A stretch of DNA of 64,000 bases from Patescibacteria group bacterium (lineage in GTDB: Bacteria; Patescibacteriota; Minisyncoccia; Minisyncoccales; Staskawiczbacteraceae). The DNA is taken from the NCBI GenBank assembly GCA_022703425.1, contig JAKLDQ010000003.1, forward strand, positions 1,729 through 65,728, in the 5' to 3' direction. Positions 17,901 through 26,484 of the stretch are shown here, piece by piece (within the stretch, counting starts at the first letter, position 1; each line of letters begins with the position of its first letter). A program made the translations under genes and the position numbers. The notes beneath the pieces are model-generated. The model had not been told where the DNA came from. It worked only from the letters and a program-made list of their open reading frames with translations, and did not search any database.

Positions 17901-18003
17901 TTTCGTTCTCCAAGAGTTCGCACAATAGTCCATTGTGCAGGAATATTGAGGAAATCCCAATATAATTAATTATAGCATGGTTATGGCTTAAAGTCAATAG
18001 ACG

Positions 18004-19104
18004 TTATTTCCTCAAAAATCTGCGCATTTTCTCGATTGTCTCATCATATGTAGATTTATCAACAAAGTATGGAGTGCCGTCCTTTCCGCCGTGCGCAAAA
18101 GAATATCTTGCAGGGTCTTCGTACGAGGGTTTTGCCCCGTAAATTACTTCTGCAACAAGCGCCAGCGCGCGGATTGTTTTTGGACCCACTCCTTCTGTTG
18201 CCAAAAGTTTTTCGTAGCTTTCCGGCTGTCTGTCGCACAGATGCCATAAAATTTTTTCGAGGTATTTGCTTTTTGCAAAATCTTCGTGGATGACAGGATG
18301 GTATTTAAATTCTTTATTTTCAAGATTAAGCAATGTGAGCTGTTCTTTTCCTTTTTTTACTTTTACCATCTGCGTGAGTGGAGTATAATATTTTCTCAAA
18401 AGTTTAATATCCTTCATCAAAGTCTGATAGCTCTGCGAAACCAATTCTGTGCTCACTTCCCTGCTCTTTCCGCTCAGGTTGGCCGTCATATCCAAAACAT
18501 TTTTTATTTTTACGGCGCTTGTGATTCCAGAATGCGGTTCTTCTATTAAATCGTTTAAGTCTTTTGAATACCAATGATATCGTCTCGCAGATTGCGCCTG
18601 CGTGTTCATTCCCTGCTGGACCACCGTCCACGCGCCGTTTTTTGAAAAGAAAAATGCGTGGTGATAAATCTGGAATCCGTCCTGCACGAGCGAGCTGTCT
18701 ACTTTGGCCGCCATTTTCGAGTTATAAACCAGAGCGTTGGCGTAAGATGGCGCCATCGAAATTCTTTCTGCCCAGCTCAAAATCTGTTCTGGAGTTTTGC
18801 GGGATGTTTTTCCTTTTCCTCCGCAAATAAAAACTCCAAGATCCCTTTCAGATCCTTTAATTGCCTCTTTTATAGCTGCTGTCAAAATTGTTGTCAGGCC
18901 GGAAGCATTCCAGTCGAAAGCCAGAACCGTTCCCAAAGATTGGAACCAAACCGGATCTGAAATGCGTTTTATAAATTCGTCCGGGCCTTCTTCTGCAATA
19001 ATCGCGTAAATCATTCTTTTGGACAGCAAAACCATCCGGTCGAATAACCATTTCGGACACTTACCAAAATCCAACGTAAAGGTGGCGATGCCTTTGTCTA
19101 CCAT
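18004..19104 (-). CDS. DUF763-family protein
   Basis: FGKCPKWLFDRM...EEGPDEF..RISDPVWFQSLG..LAFDWNASGLTT matches my recollection of DUF763. The ORF-track N-terminal extension runs through a terminator hairpin (19166-19189), so the start is set at ATG 19104. Confidence 0.65.
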   Translation of the reverse strand: MVDKGIATFTLDFGKCPKWLFDRMVLLSKRMIYAIIAEEGPDEFIKRISDPVWFQSLGTVLAFDWNASGLTTILTAAIKEAIKGSERDLGVFICGGKGKTSRKTPEQILSWAERISMAPSYANALVYNSKMAAKVDSSLVQDGFQIYHHAFFFSKNGAWTVVQQGMNTQAQSARRYHWYSKDLNDLIEEPHSGITSAVKIKNVLDMTANLSGKSREVSTELVSQSYQTLMKDIKLLRKYYTPLTQMVKVKKGKEQLTLLNLENKEFKYHPVIHEDFAKSKYLEKILWHLCDRQPESYEKLLATEGVGPKTIRALALVAEVIYGAKPSYEDPARYSFAHGGKDGTPYFVDKSTYDETIEKMRRFLRK

Positions 19105-19187
19105 AACAGCGTATTTTAACATTATTACGAGAATTAAAGAAACAACAGTAATCCACAGACTTAAATAAAAAAACAGCATTTCTGCTG

Positions 19188-19454
19188 TTATATCTTGTGA
19201 AGCTTTTTGCTTTTTCTTATTCTGCGCGTCCTCCGGTAAATTTTGACATCGCGGAAAAATCTGAAGTTGTGGAAGGAAAATAGCCACCAGCTGATAAACA
19301 AGATCCCAAGCCCGAGAATCATAAAGTAGATGCCCGAAAGCAGATTTTCTTCTCCAAAAAGGCGGATCATTGCCCCATAAACAAAAAATGCGAGCCCGAC
19401 GAAGAAGAAAATACTCAAAGCAAAAAATCCTTGTATCCGGTGCGAAATTCTCAT
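19188..19454 (-). CDS. hypothetical small membrane protein (2-3 TM)
   Basis: GGGAG SD before the ATG, hydrophobic helices and a basic C-terminal tail. Flanked by identical 24-nt terminator sequences. Confidence 0.45.
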   Translation of the reverse strand: MRISHRIQGFFALSIFFFVGLAFFVYGAMIRLFGEENLLSGIYFMILGLGILFISWWLFSFHNFRFFRDVKIYRRTRRIRKSKKLHKI

Positions 19455-19538
19455 AATTTTTCTCCCAAAAGAAAGTTGTTTAAGAGCTGATTTTATGCTA
19501 ACTCTTTTTTAATAAAAAAACAGCATTTCTGCTGTTGC

Positions 19539-19739
19539 CTAGCTTATTTGGTGCACTTTTATTGCCTTGCTCGCAACCTCAATCTCTCCGATTTGATCCT
19601 TGCTTCCGACTTCTGTCATAAAAAATCGCCTTCCATCTATGCCATTAAACATCAGATCAGGAAACCTTTCCTGCAAATCACCCAAAACTCTTGAAGGCAG
19701 ATAACCTTCCTTTACAGTAATCAGAAGCGATATGCCCAT
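19539..19739 (-). CDS. hypothetical small protein
   Basis: 66-aa ORF with AAAGGAAAAAAAC before the ATG and a terminator hairpin directly after the stop. Confidence 0.4.
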   Translation of the reverse strand: MGISLLITVKEGYLPSRVLGDLQERFPDLMFNGIDGRRFFMTEVGSKDQIGEIEVASKAIKVHQIS

Positions 19740-19903
19740 GTTTTTTTCCTTTCAGTTAAGTTTTGAAAAGAGCTATTCTTTCCTCCCGGCCCCTCCATTG
19801 CGTCCTCGTCGCAACTAATGACAGGGTATCCTCTGTGGTGCCACGTAATAAATTAAAATTTAAACGTGGCTACCACGTTAATTTTGCTCTGCAAAATTTT
19901 ACG

Positions 19904-19978
19904 TGGTGCCCCCGCCGCGACTCGAACGCGGAACCAATAGCTTAAAAGGCTACTGCTCTACCATTGAGCTACGAGGGC
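19904..19978 (-). tRNA. tRNA-Lys (anticodon UUU)
   Basis: Hand-folded: GCCCTCG/CGGGGGC acceptor, anticodon loop CUUUUAA, T arm CCGCG-TTCGAGT-CGCGG, 3' CCA encoded. Confidence 0.9.
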
Positions 19979-20039
19979 AAATATTAAAACTCCCTTTCTA
20001 AGGGAAATTTTAACATATAATTTCAGGATTGTAAATTGC

Positions 20040-21119
20040 CTACAACCCTTCCTTTTTTAATTTGTTTAGCAGGTCTTTCTGCTCTTTCGTGAGTTTTTTT
20101 GGCGTTCTGATTCTAAGTTCAACAAATAAATTTCCTCTGCCGTATCCGCCGAAATGCGGAATGCCTTTTCCAGAAATTCTTAAAATCTTGCCCGACTCTG
20201 TTCCCATCGGAACCTCAAGCGAAAGTTTTGTCTTGTCGAGAGTCTCGATTTCAACTTCGCTCCCTAATACTGCGTCGGAATAATTTATCATTAGTTCAAG
20301 ATACAGGTCGTCTCCCCTTCTCTCAAAAACGGGATGCTCTTTTATTAAGATTCTTGTGTATAAGTTTCCCGCTTTTCCACCCTTTTTACCTGCATCACCT
20401 TTTCCTTCAACTTTTATTACCTGGTTCATATCAACTCCGGCAGGGACAAAAATCTCGAATGTTTCATCGTTTTTGATTCGTCCCTGTCCTTTGCAGACAT
20501 TGCACGACTTTTCTGGAATTGTTCCTTCGCCCTGGCATTCGGGACAAACACCGACCGAAGTGTAAGATCCAAAAAAAGTTTTTTTGACCTGCTGAACCTG
20601 TCCTGTTCCTCTGCACGAAAAGCACTCCTTGATTTTTGCGCCTGGCTCGGCACCCTGTCCATGGCATCTCTGGCATACGGACATCTTGTTCAATGTGACT
20701 TTTTTTATGGTTTCCTTCAGTGTGTCTTCAAGATTCAGTTCTATGTCGATCTGAATATCTTTACCTTTTCTGAGGTCCTTTTTTGTTGCCTTCCTTCCGC
20801 CGAAACCAAAAAAATCCTCGAAGACGTCACTAATATCCTCAAAATCAAAATCCTGGTAATTTTTGTTGCCCCACGCCCAATTAAAATCAAATCCCTGTCC
20901 TCCGCCGGGCTGTCCGCCTTCAAAAACTCTTCCGAACTGGTCATATTGAGCTCTTTTTTGCTTATCCGAAAGCACCTGATAAGCTTCGTTTATCTCTTTA
21001 AACTTTTTTTCATCTCCGCCTTTGTCGGGATGATATTTGTGTGCCAGCTTGTGAAAAGCTTTTTTTATGTCTTCTTGGGAGGCGTTTTTTGACACCCCCA
21101 AAATTTCGTAATAGTCCAT
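20040..21119 (-). CDS. dnaJ: molecular chaperone DnaJ
   Basis: J domain (DYYEILGV...HPD) and four CxxCxGxG zinc-finger repeats. Confidence 0.95.
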   Translation of the reverse strand: MDYYEILGVSKNASQEDIKKAFHKLAHKYHPDKGGDEKKFKEINEAYQVLSDKQKRAQYDQFGRVFEGGQPGGGQGFDFNWAWGNKNYQDFDFEDISDVFEDFFGFGGRKATKKDLRKGKDIQIDIELNLEDTLKETIKKVTLNKMSVCQRCHGQGAEPGAKIKECFSCRGTGQVQQVKKTFFGSYTSVGVCPECQGEGTIPEKSCNVCKGQGRIKNDETFEIFVPAGVDMNQVIKVEGKGDAGKKGGKAGNLYTRILIKEHPVFERRGDDLYLELMINYSDAVLGSEVEIETLDKTKLSLEVPMGTESGKILRISGKGIPHFGGYGRGNLFVELRIRTPKKLTKEQKDLLNKLKKEGL

Positions 21120-21173
21120 TTTTAGTGTAAAAGCGTAAAAACATAATTCATACGCTTTGAACCTAATTTCATT

Positions 21174-23075
21174 TTACTTTTCAGTGTATTTTCCCTCTTC
21201 CGCGTTGTTTCCGTTATCATCTTTTTTGTCCTTATCATCAGGATTTTGTCCGGGCTGTTGTCCCGGCTCTGGTTTTGACTTATAGAGATCGGCGCCTGCT
21301 TTCTGGATTGTCTCTGAAAGCTCCTGAGTTTTAGACTTGATATCGTCAATGTTATCAGTTTCCTTCGCCTTTTTCAATGCCTGTATTTTCTCTTCAACAG
21401 AGCTTTTTACGTCTGTAGAAATTTTATCACCGGCGTCTTTTATTGCCTTTTCAGATGTATAAATCAGGTTGTCGGCAATGTTTCTTGCTTCGATAATAAG
21501 CTGCTTTTTCTTGTCTTCCTCTGCGTGCAGTTCAGCCTCCTTTTTCATTTTTTCAACTTCCTCTTTAGAAATTCCTGCAGATCCCTCAATCTTGATTGAT
21601 TGGGATTTGCCTGTTGCCTTGTCTTTTGCGGACACATTCAAAATTCCGTTTGCATCAATATCAAACGAAACCTCAATCTGCGGAATGCCTCTCGGAGCCG
21701 GCGGAATTCCGTCTAAAATGAATCTTCCGAGTGTTTTGTTGTCTTGTGCCATTGGCCTTTCGCCCTGCAGAACATGGATTTCAACCTGTGTCTGGCTGTC
21801 GGCTGCAGTTGAGAATATCTGGGTTTTTGCCGTGGGAACGGTTGTGTTTTTTGCAATTAAAATCGTGTCCACGCCTCCGAATGTTTCAATTCCCAAAGAA
21901 AGCGGTGTTACGTCCAAAAGTAAAACGTCTCTAACCTCGCCCTGCATTATTCCGCCCTGCACGGCAGCTCCGATTGCAACAACTTCATCCGGGTTAACGC
22001 CTTTGTTCGGCTCTTTTCCGAATAATTTTTTCACCTCTTCCTGCATTCTTGGCATTCTTGTCTGTCCGCCCACCAAAACCACCTCATCGATATCTTTTGC
22101 CGACAAACCGGCTTCTTTCAAGGTGTTTCTTACAAGGTCGATTGATTTATCAAGATAATCCTGAACCAGGCTCTCAAACTGCGCTCTGGATAATTTGTAA
22201 AGCAGATGCCTTGGTCCGGACTGGTCTGATGTTATAAACGGCAGGTTTATTTCTGTTTCCATGCTCGAAGACAATTCTATCTTGGCTTTTTCCGCAGCTT
22301 CTTTGATTCTCTGCAGTGCAAGATTGTCTTTTGACAGATCAATTCCGTTTTCTTTTTTAAATTCGTTTACAACCCAGTCCATTATTCTCTGGTCAAAATC
22401 ATCTCCGCCCAAATGTGTGTCTCCGCCTGTTGCCTTCACCTCAACTGTATCTGCGCCGACATCCAATATCGAAATATCAAAAGTTCCACCGCCAAAATCA
22501 TAAACAACGATTTTCTCGTCTTTCTTTTTTGTAAGCCCATAAGCCAGAGCTGCGGCCGTCGGTTCGTTGATTACTCTTTTTACATTAAACCCTGCAATCT
22601 CACCTGCGATTTTTGTTGCTTTTCTCTGCGAGTCGTCAAAATATGCCGGGCATGTAATGATAGCCTCTGTGATTGTCTCTCCAAGCTTTGCTTCTGCATC
22701 TGCCTTTAATTTCTGCAAAATCATTGCAGAAATTTCGGCGGGATTTAACCATTTGTCTCCCATCTTAACTTCCACTCCCCCGTCTGCAGACTCTCTTATT
22801 TCATAAGGCAAAAGTTTTTTGTCTCTTTGCACTTCTGCATCCGAAAATTTTCTGCCGATCAATCTTTTTACAGAAAAAATCGTGTTCTGCGGATTTGTCA
22901 CTGCCTGTCTTTTTGCCAAAACGCCCACAACCCTTTCTCCAGATTTTGTTAACGCAACAATCGACGGAGTTGTTCTTGCTCCTTCTTTGTTTTCGATGAT
23001 TTTCGGCTCGCCCGATTCAACGACGGCCATTGCTGAAAATGTTGTTCCTAAGTCGATACCTAATATTTTTGCCAT
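21174..23075 (-). CDS. dnaK: molecular chaperone DnaK (Hsp70)
   Basis: GIDLGTT.S, DLGGGTFD and [10 protein letters not shown] signatures over the full length. Confidence 0.97.
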   Translation of the reverse strand: MAKILGIDLGTTFSAMAVVESGEPKIIENKEGARTTPSIVALTKSGERVVGVLAKRQAVTNPQNTIFSVKRLIGRKFSDAEVQRDKKLLPYEIRESADGGVEVKMGDKWLNPAEISAMILQKLKADAEAKLGETITEAIITCPAYFDDSQRKATKIAGEIAGFNVKRVINEPTAAALAYGLTKKKDEKIVVYDFGGGTFDISILDVGADTVEVKATGGDTHLGGDDFDQRIMDWVVNEFKKENGIDLSKDNLALQRIKEAAEKAKIELSSSMETEINLPFITSDQSGPRHLLYKLSRAQFESLVQDYLDKSIDLVRNTLKEAGLSAKDIDEVVLVGGQTRMPRMQEEVKKLFGKEPNKGVNPDEVVAIGAAVQGGIMQGEVRDVLLLDVTPLSLGIETFGGVDTILIAKNTTVPTAKTQIFSTAADSQTQVEIHVLQGERPMAQDNKTLGRFILDGIPPAPRGIPQIEVSFDIDANGILNVSAKDKATGKSQSIKIEGSAGISKEEVEKMKKEAELHAEEDKKKQLIIEARNIADNLIYTSEKAIKDAGDKISTDVKSSVEEKIQALKKAKETDNIDDIKSKTQELSETIQKAGADLYKSKPEPGQQPGQNPDDKDKKDDNGNNAEEGKYTEK

Positions 23076-23163
23076 ATTTTTATATTTATTATTTGTTGAC
23101 TTTTAATTATATTCGTTATATAATATAGACTAGTTCTGTAACAATCTTTCTACGAGGTGATTT

Positions 23164-23394
23164 ATGCAGTGCAAGAATGAAGTTGCGTGCGATGGAACAG
23201 TTGACACCGGAAATTCTATTCCTCTTCGGACAAGCTGTTCATCATTTCGGGCAGCACATCCTTGTCAAAAGTGTGGTCGTTTGCATTGGGAAAATGGCAA
23301 GCCGGTATTCAATCGGCAGGACCATCGTGCCTTTTTCGAAGGTGGCACTATTGTCCATCGCGACAATGACAATGTCGAAACGTGCAGGTTTTGA
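23164..23394 (+). CDS. hypothetical small Cys-rich protein, antisense-oriented between dnaK and grpE
   Basis: Strong SD GAGGTGA 5 nt before the ATG and an intrinsic terminator GCCGCTATC-TCTG-ATAGCGG-T6 at ~23414-23440. 76 aa with 6 Cys including CQKC. No family recognised. Confidence 0.4.
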   Translation: MQCKNEVACDGTVDTGNSIPLRTSCSSFRAAHPCQKCGRLHWENGKPVFNRQDHRAFFEGGTIVHRDNDNVETCRF

Positions 23395-23472
23395 TTGCCC
23401 TGGCTAACCATTTTGCCGCTATCTCTGATAGCGGTTTTTTATTTTTATCCTCCGGCAAGCTCAGAATGAAAA

Positions 23473-23910
23473 TTACTTCGTAATTTTCACTTTGGCGGGG
23501 CGGATTACTTTTCCGTGCATTGTGTACCCGCGCTGGATTTCTTCTGAAACTTTCTCGCCTTCACCGTCTACTGCCTCCATTGTGTTAGGATTAAATGGCT
23601 TGCCAATGGTCTCGATTGCTTCAATCCCCTCTTTTTTCAAAAAATCTTCGAGCTGTTTCTTAATCTGTTCAATTCCTGGATCTTTGACGTGACTTGCGGC
23701 AAGACATAAATTATCCAGTATCGGCAGAATTTCCAGAATGAGGCCTTCGTTTGCATACTTAATCAGATGGCTCATTCTTTCTGCCTCGTCCTTTTTATAA
23801 TTCAGGAAATCAGCCCTCTCTCTTTTCCACCCGTTCAGATATTCGTCGCATTTATTTTTAGCCTCCTCAAGTTCGCTAATTTTTTTTTCGTTGTTTTTTT
23901 CTTCGGCCAT
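23473..23910 (-). CDS. grpE: nucleotide exchange factor GrpE
   Basis: RERADFLNYKKD, LPILDNL and a C-terminal beta domain (GYTMHGKVIRPAKV). Confidence 0.93.
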   Translation of the reverse strand: MAEEKNNEKKISELEEAKNKCDEYLNGWKRERADFLNYKKDEAERMSHLIKYANEGLILEILPILDNLCLAASHVKDPGIEQIKKQLEDFLKKEGIEAIETIGKPFNPNTMEAVDGEGEKVSEEIQRGYTMHGKVIRPAKVKITK

Positions 23911-23912
23911 AT

Positions 23913-24407
23913 TTATAGTTTTTTAAGTTCCTCAATTAAGGAATTTATCAAATTTATATTTTTATCGTGCACAGTTTTTGATGAGCCGATAATTATCATA
24001 ATGTCATACAGTTCATCTTTTTCGGGTAAACTCCTTTTTTCCAGAGTTGATGACATTTCCAGAAGCGACTGCATTAATTTTTCGGCAAGGTGCATTTCCT
24101 CGTGAATTTTTTGTCTGGCGTATTCTATCTCCCTGTTTATAAAATCTGCAAGCATTCCTTGTTCCCTCTCCAATATTTCGTGCGCAAAAAACCTGTATGC
24201 CTTGTTTGTCGGCACTCTTCCCGCGGAGGTATGAGGTTGGATAATCAATCCCATCTCGGTCAGTTCCTGAAGCTCATTTCTTATTGTTGCCTCGCATACA
24301 TCCAAACCGGCGCTCTTTTTCAACAGCTTTGAACTTACCGGCTCGGCTGTTTCAAGATATTCTTTTACAAGCGCGTTTAAGATTTTTTGCTGCCTTTCTG
24401 TAATCAT
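23913..24407 (-). CDS. hrcA: HrcA-like heat-shock repressor, short form (164 aa)
   Basis: MITERQQKILNALVKEYLETAEPVSSKLL winged-helix N-terminus, first gene of hrcA-grpE-dnaK-dnaJ. It is only about half the usual HrcA length. Confidence 0.75.
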   Translation of the reverse strand: MITERQQKILNALVKEYLETAEPVSSKLLKKSAGLDVCEATIRNELQELTEMGLIIQPHTSAGRVPTNKAYRFFAHEILEREQGMLADFINREIEYARQKIHEEMHLAEKLMQSLLEMSSTLEKRSLPEKDELYDIMIIIGSSKTVHDKNINLINSLIEELKKL

Positions 24408-24416
24408 ATATATTGT

Positions 24417-24445
24417 ATCTTATATTTATCACTCATGCTTGTCAA
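24417..24445 (-). promoter_or_regulatory. hrcA promoter (TTGACA-17-TAAGAT), near-leaderless
   Basis: Minus strand: TTGACA 24445-24440, TAAGAT 24422-24417, with only 9 nt to the ATG at 24407. The -35 box lies inside the CIRCE-like spacer. Confidence 0.55.
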
Positions 24446-24452
24446 GTGATAA
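24426..24452. promoter_or_regulatory. CIRCE-like inverted repeat (HrcA operator variant)
   Basis: TTATCACTC-N9-AAGTGATAA compared with canonical TTAGCACTC-N9-GAGTGCTAA, overlapping the hrcA promoter. Confidence 0.6.
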
Positions 24453-24502
24453 AAACAACAAAAAAGCCCGATTTAAAAATCAGGCCCCTGTGATGGTGGT
24501 TT

Positions 24503-24823
24503 TCAGACGGTGCAAAGAGCCCCTTGGGGACTCATCATTTCGAGAAGCTGTGCTTTTAGGGCGTTAAATTCGGTAAGAAGTTTGTTGATGCGTCTTGTTT
24601 TGTCGCACTTTCTTATGTTGCGGAAATCCACTTCATCCATTTGACCCAAACACCGGATCATCTTATCAATTGCTTTTTCGGCCTCAATGCTCAGGCCGGA
24701 GCTGCTTCTTACGCGCTCAACGATAAGATATCGTGTCTGGGCGATTGCCCCCGGTTCGTCAATTGCAAAGTTTACAGCCAGCCGCTGAATGAGTTCGTCG
24801 TTAGTTCCTACTAGGATCGACAT
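24503..24823 (-). CDS. hypothetical protein
   Basis: GGAGG SD 6 nt before ATG 24823, G+C-richer than the surroundings, terminator after the stop. No family recognised. Confidence 0.45.
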   Translation of the reverse strand: MSILVGTNDELIQRLAVNFAIDEPGAIAQTRYLIVERVRSSSGLSIEAEKAIDKMIRCLGQMDEVDFRNIRKCDKTRRINKLLTEFNALKAQLLEMMSPQGALCTV

Positions 24824-25061
24824 AGCCAACCTCCTCGGCAGAAATGAATACGTCGGGCCAACCTCCGTTTGCCTCTTCCCTCATCCTTCGTATCATTTCG
24901 TCTGCGATCTCGTCGGTAAATTCCGGGAATCTTGAGTCCTTTCTGCACCTGTTAATGTTGCTGATTGCCTTTTCCATTGATTCTCTTGTATAGAAAATCT
25001 TAAAAAGACGACCTGTTTCGTGCGAAATAAAGGCGACCATGTTCACATATTCTTCTTCCAT
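24801..25061 (-). CDS. hypothetical protein
   Basis: ATG 25061 (MEEEYVNMVAF...) with AAGGA upstream. The ORF-track N-terminal extension overlaps the tRNA-like gene and is rejected. Confidence 0.4.
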   Translation of the reverse strand: MEEEYVNMVAFISHETGRLFKIFYTRESMEKAISNINRCRKDSRFPEFTDEIADEMIRRMREEANGGWPDVFISAEEVGYVDPSRN

Positions 25062-25114
25062 GATTACACCATCCTTAATTGGTGAAAAGAGCAAAAAGCC
25101 CCGATTGGGTTGAA

Positions 25115-25274
25115 TGGAGTCGGCAGGACTCGAACCTGAAACCTCTTGCTTATTTCCATCGGCCTCAGATGATTTCCCGGGAGCCCAATTCCATTGGGCA
25201 TTGCGATTACATCTGAGAAGCTGGTACAAGCCGTGGAAATTTTGCAAGCGCTCTCCCAATTGAGCTACGACCCC
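25115..25274 (-). tRNA. tRNA-Ala-like gene with a 94-nt structured segment in place of the 7-nt anticodon loop
   Basis: GGGGTCG/CGACTCC acceptor (G3:U70), D arm GCTC-AATTGGGA-GAGC, anticodon stem CTTGC/GCAAG, variable AGGTT, T arm TCAGG-TTCGAGT-CCTGC. 94 nt lie between the anticodon-stem strands and fold into nested helices. Confidence 0.6.
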
Positions 25275-25346
25275 GATAACTTACTCTATGGTATAAAATA
25301 TTAAGTTTTTCGTCAACAAAAAATCGCGCCCTTTCGCGGTTGCAAA

Positions 25347-25904
25347 TTAACCCTTTTTAAAGCTCACCTCGACGGCATCGTGGTCAAAATCAAAATTCTG
25401 GCTCTCATATTTGTCGTTTTCGCGCACATATTCCAGATAGTCCCTTACCTCATTTTCAAATAGTTTAACATTGTCAGCAACGACGATCGCCCTGCTATCC
25501 AACTTATTTTCTGCCAGAAGCAGATAACTGTAATACTCCTCTTTTTCAGCATCCAAAAAGACCATGTCAAATTTTTCATCGAGTTTTGGAATAACCTTCA
25601 TTGCATCGCCGTTTAAAACCTGTACCGATTTTTCAACACCGGCCTTTTTTAGATTTTCTCTTGCAATGGGAATTACCTTTTCTTTGATTTCTATTGTTGT
25701 TATTTTTCCTCCTTTTGGAAGGTGTTGTCCCATTAATATTGCCGAGTAGCCAACCAAAGAACCCACCTCAAGAATATTTTTGGGCTTGTATGTTTTTACA
25801 ATTTTCTCCAATAACTTGCCTTTTTCAGGTCCTATAATAGACCATGATGCGGCTTCCGCCTCTTTTTCAATCTTTTTTAGGACTTGTTTTGATGCAGTAC
25901 TCAT
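25347..25904 (-). CDS. class I SAM-dependent O-methyltransferase (family 3-like)
   Basis: ILEVGSLVGYSAI (motif I), FDMVFLDAEKEEY and IVVADNV are typical of the caffeoyl-CoA OMT-like family. Confidence 0.85.
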   Translation of the reverse strand: MSTASKQVLKKIEKEAEAASWSIIGPEKGKLLEKIVKTYKPKNILEVGSLVGYSAILMGQHLPKGGKITTIEIKEKVIPIARENLKKAGVEKSVQVLNGDAMKVIPKLDEKFDMVFLDAEKEEYYSYLLLAENKLDSRAIVVADNVKLFENEVRDYLEYVRENDKYESQNFDFDHDAVEVSFKKG

Positions 25905-25979
25905 TTAAATGCAAGGATGCTTATTTTCCTAATACGCAAAAAGGCATCAATTCCATGATGCCCTTGTTCTGCGTTTAAA

Positions 25980-26405
25980 TTACCGCTTGATTGTCATTAA
26001 TATAGCCCCCGCCGTAATTAAGAGCGCGCCGGCTGCGGTAAACAAAGTAAGCTTCTCGCCCAAAAACAAAATAGAAAAAACTACAACGAAAACCACGCTC
26101 AGTCTGTCGAGCGCAGCAACTCCCGAAGCAACGCCCGTTTTAAGTGCAAAGAAATAAAATAGCCAAGACAGCGCCCCCGAAATTCCAGACAATATTATAA
26201 AAAACAGAACCTTGTTTTTTATTGTGTTTAAATATCCGAACTTTCCCAGCGAGAGCGATACGAAAAGCAGAAAAAGAGCCATTACAAATGCTCTTATTGT
26301 TGTCGCCAGCGTAGAATCGATGTTTTGCAGGCCTATTTTGCCAAAAATCGCAACAAGCGCAGCAAAAACGGCTGAAAGCAATGCGTAGATAATCCAAAGC
26401 TCCAT
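25980..26405 (-). CDS. EamA/DMT-superfamily small transporter
   Basis: 141 aa with 4-5 TM helices and an EamA-like pattern (YALLSAVFAALVAIFGKIGL...). Confidence 0.7.
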   Translation of the reverse strand: MELWIIYALLSAVFAALVAIFGKIGLQNIDSTLATTIRAFVMALFLLFVSLSLGKFGYLNTIKNKVLFFIILSGISGALSWLFYFFALKTGVASGVAALDRLSVVFVVVFSILFLGEKLTLFTAAGALLITAGAILMTIKR

Positions 26406-26444
26406 ATCTGTATTATATCAAACTGCCGGCTTAATAAACAATTA

Positions 26445-26470
26445 AACGGCTCACTCCGGAGTGAGCCGTT
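26445..26470. terminator. 26-nt perfect palindrome AACGGCTCACTCCGGAGTGAGCCGTT (hairpin family)
   Basis: Identical to 58039-58064 and located after the stop of the 26485-26790 gene. Confidence 0.7.
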
Positions 26471-26484
26471 TCTGATAAAGGGTT

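Noticed and set aside
21469-23106. Many antisense or nested ORFs inside dnaK, dnaJ, pyrG, gltX, murF, lysS and other genes
   Set aside because: They lie fully inside well-supported conserved genes on the opposite strand or in another frame, with low-complexity Ser/Phe/Leu-rich translations typical of shadow ORFs.
25115-25274. The tRNA-like gene as a group I-intron tRNA, an archaeal BHB-intron tRNA or a mini-tmRNA
   Set aside because: The insert is too short for a group I core, and no 3-nt bulge/4-bp helix/3-nt bulge is present. No splice choice yields U33 plus an Ala anticodon. The D arm is fully canonical, unlike tmRNA, and there is no plausible tag ORF (the best candidate is GCU UCU CAG AUG UAA).
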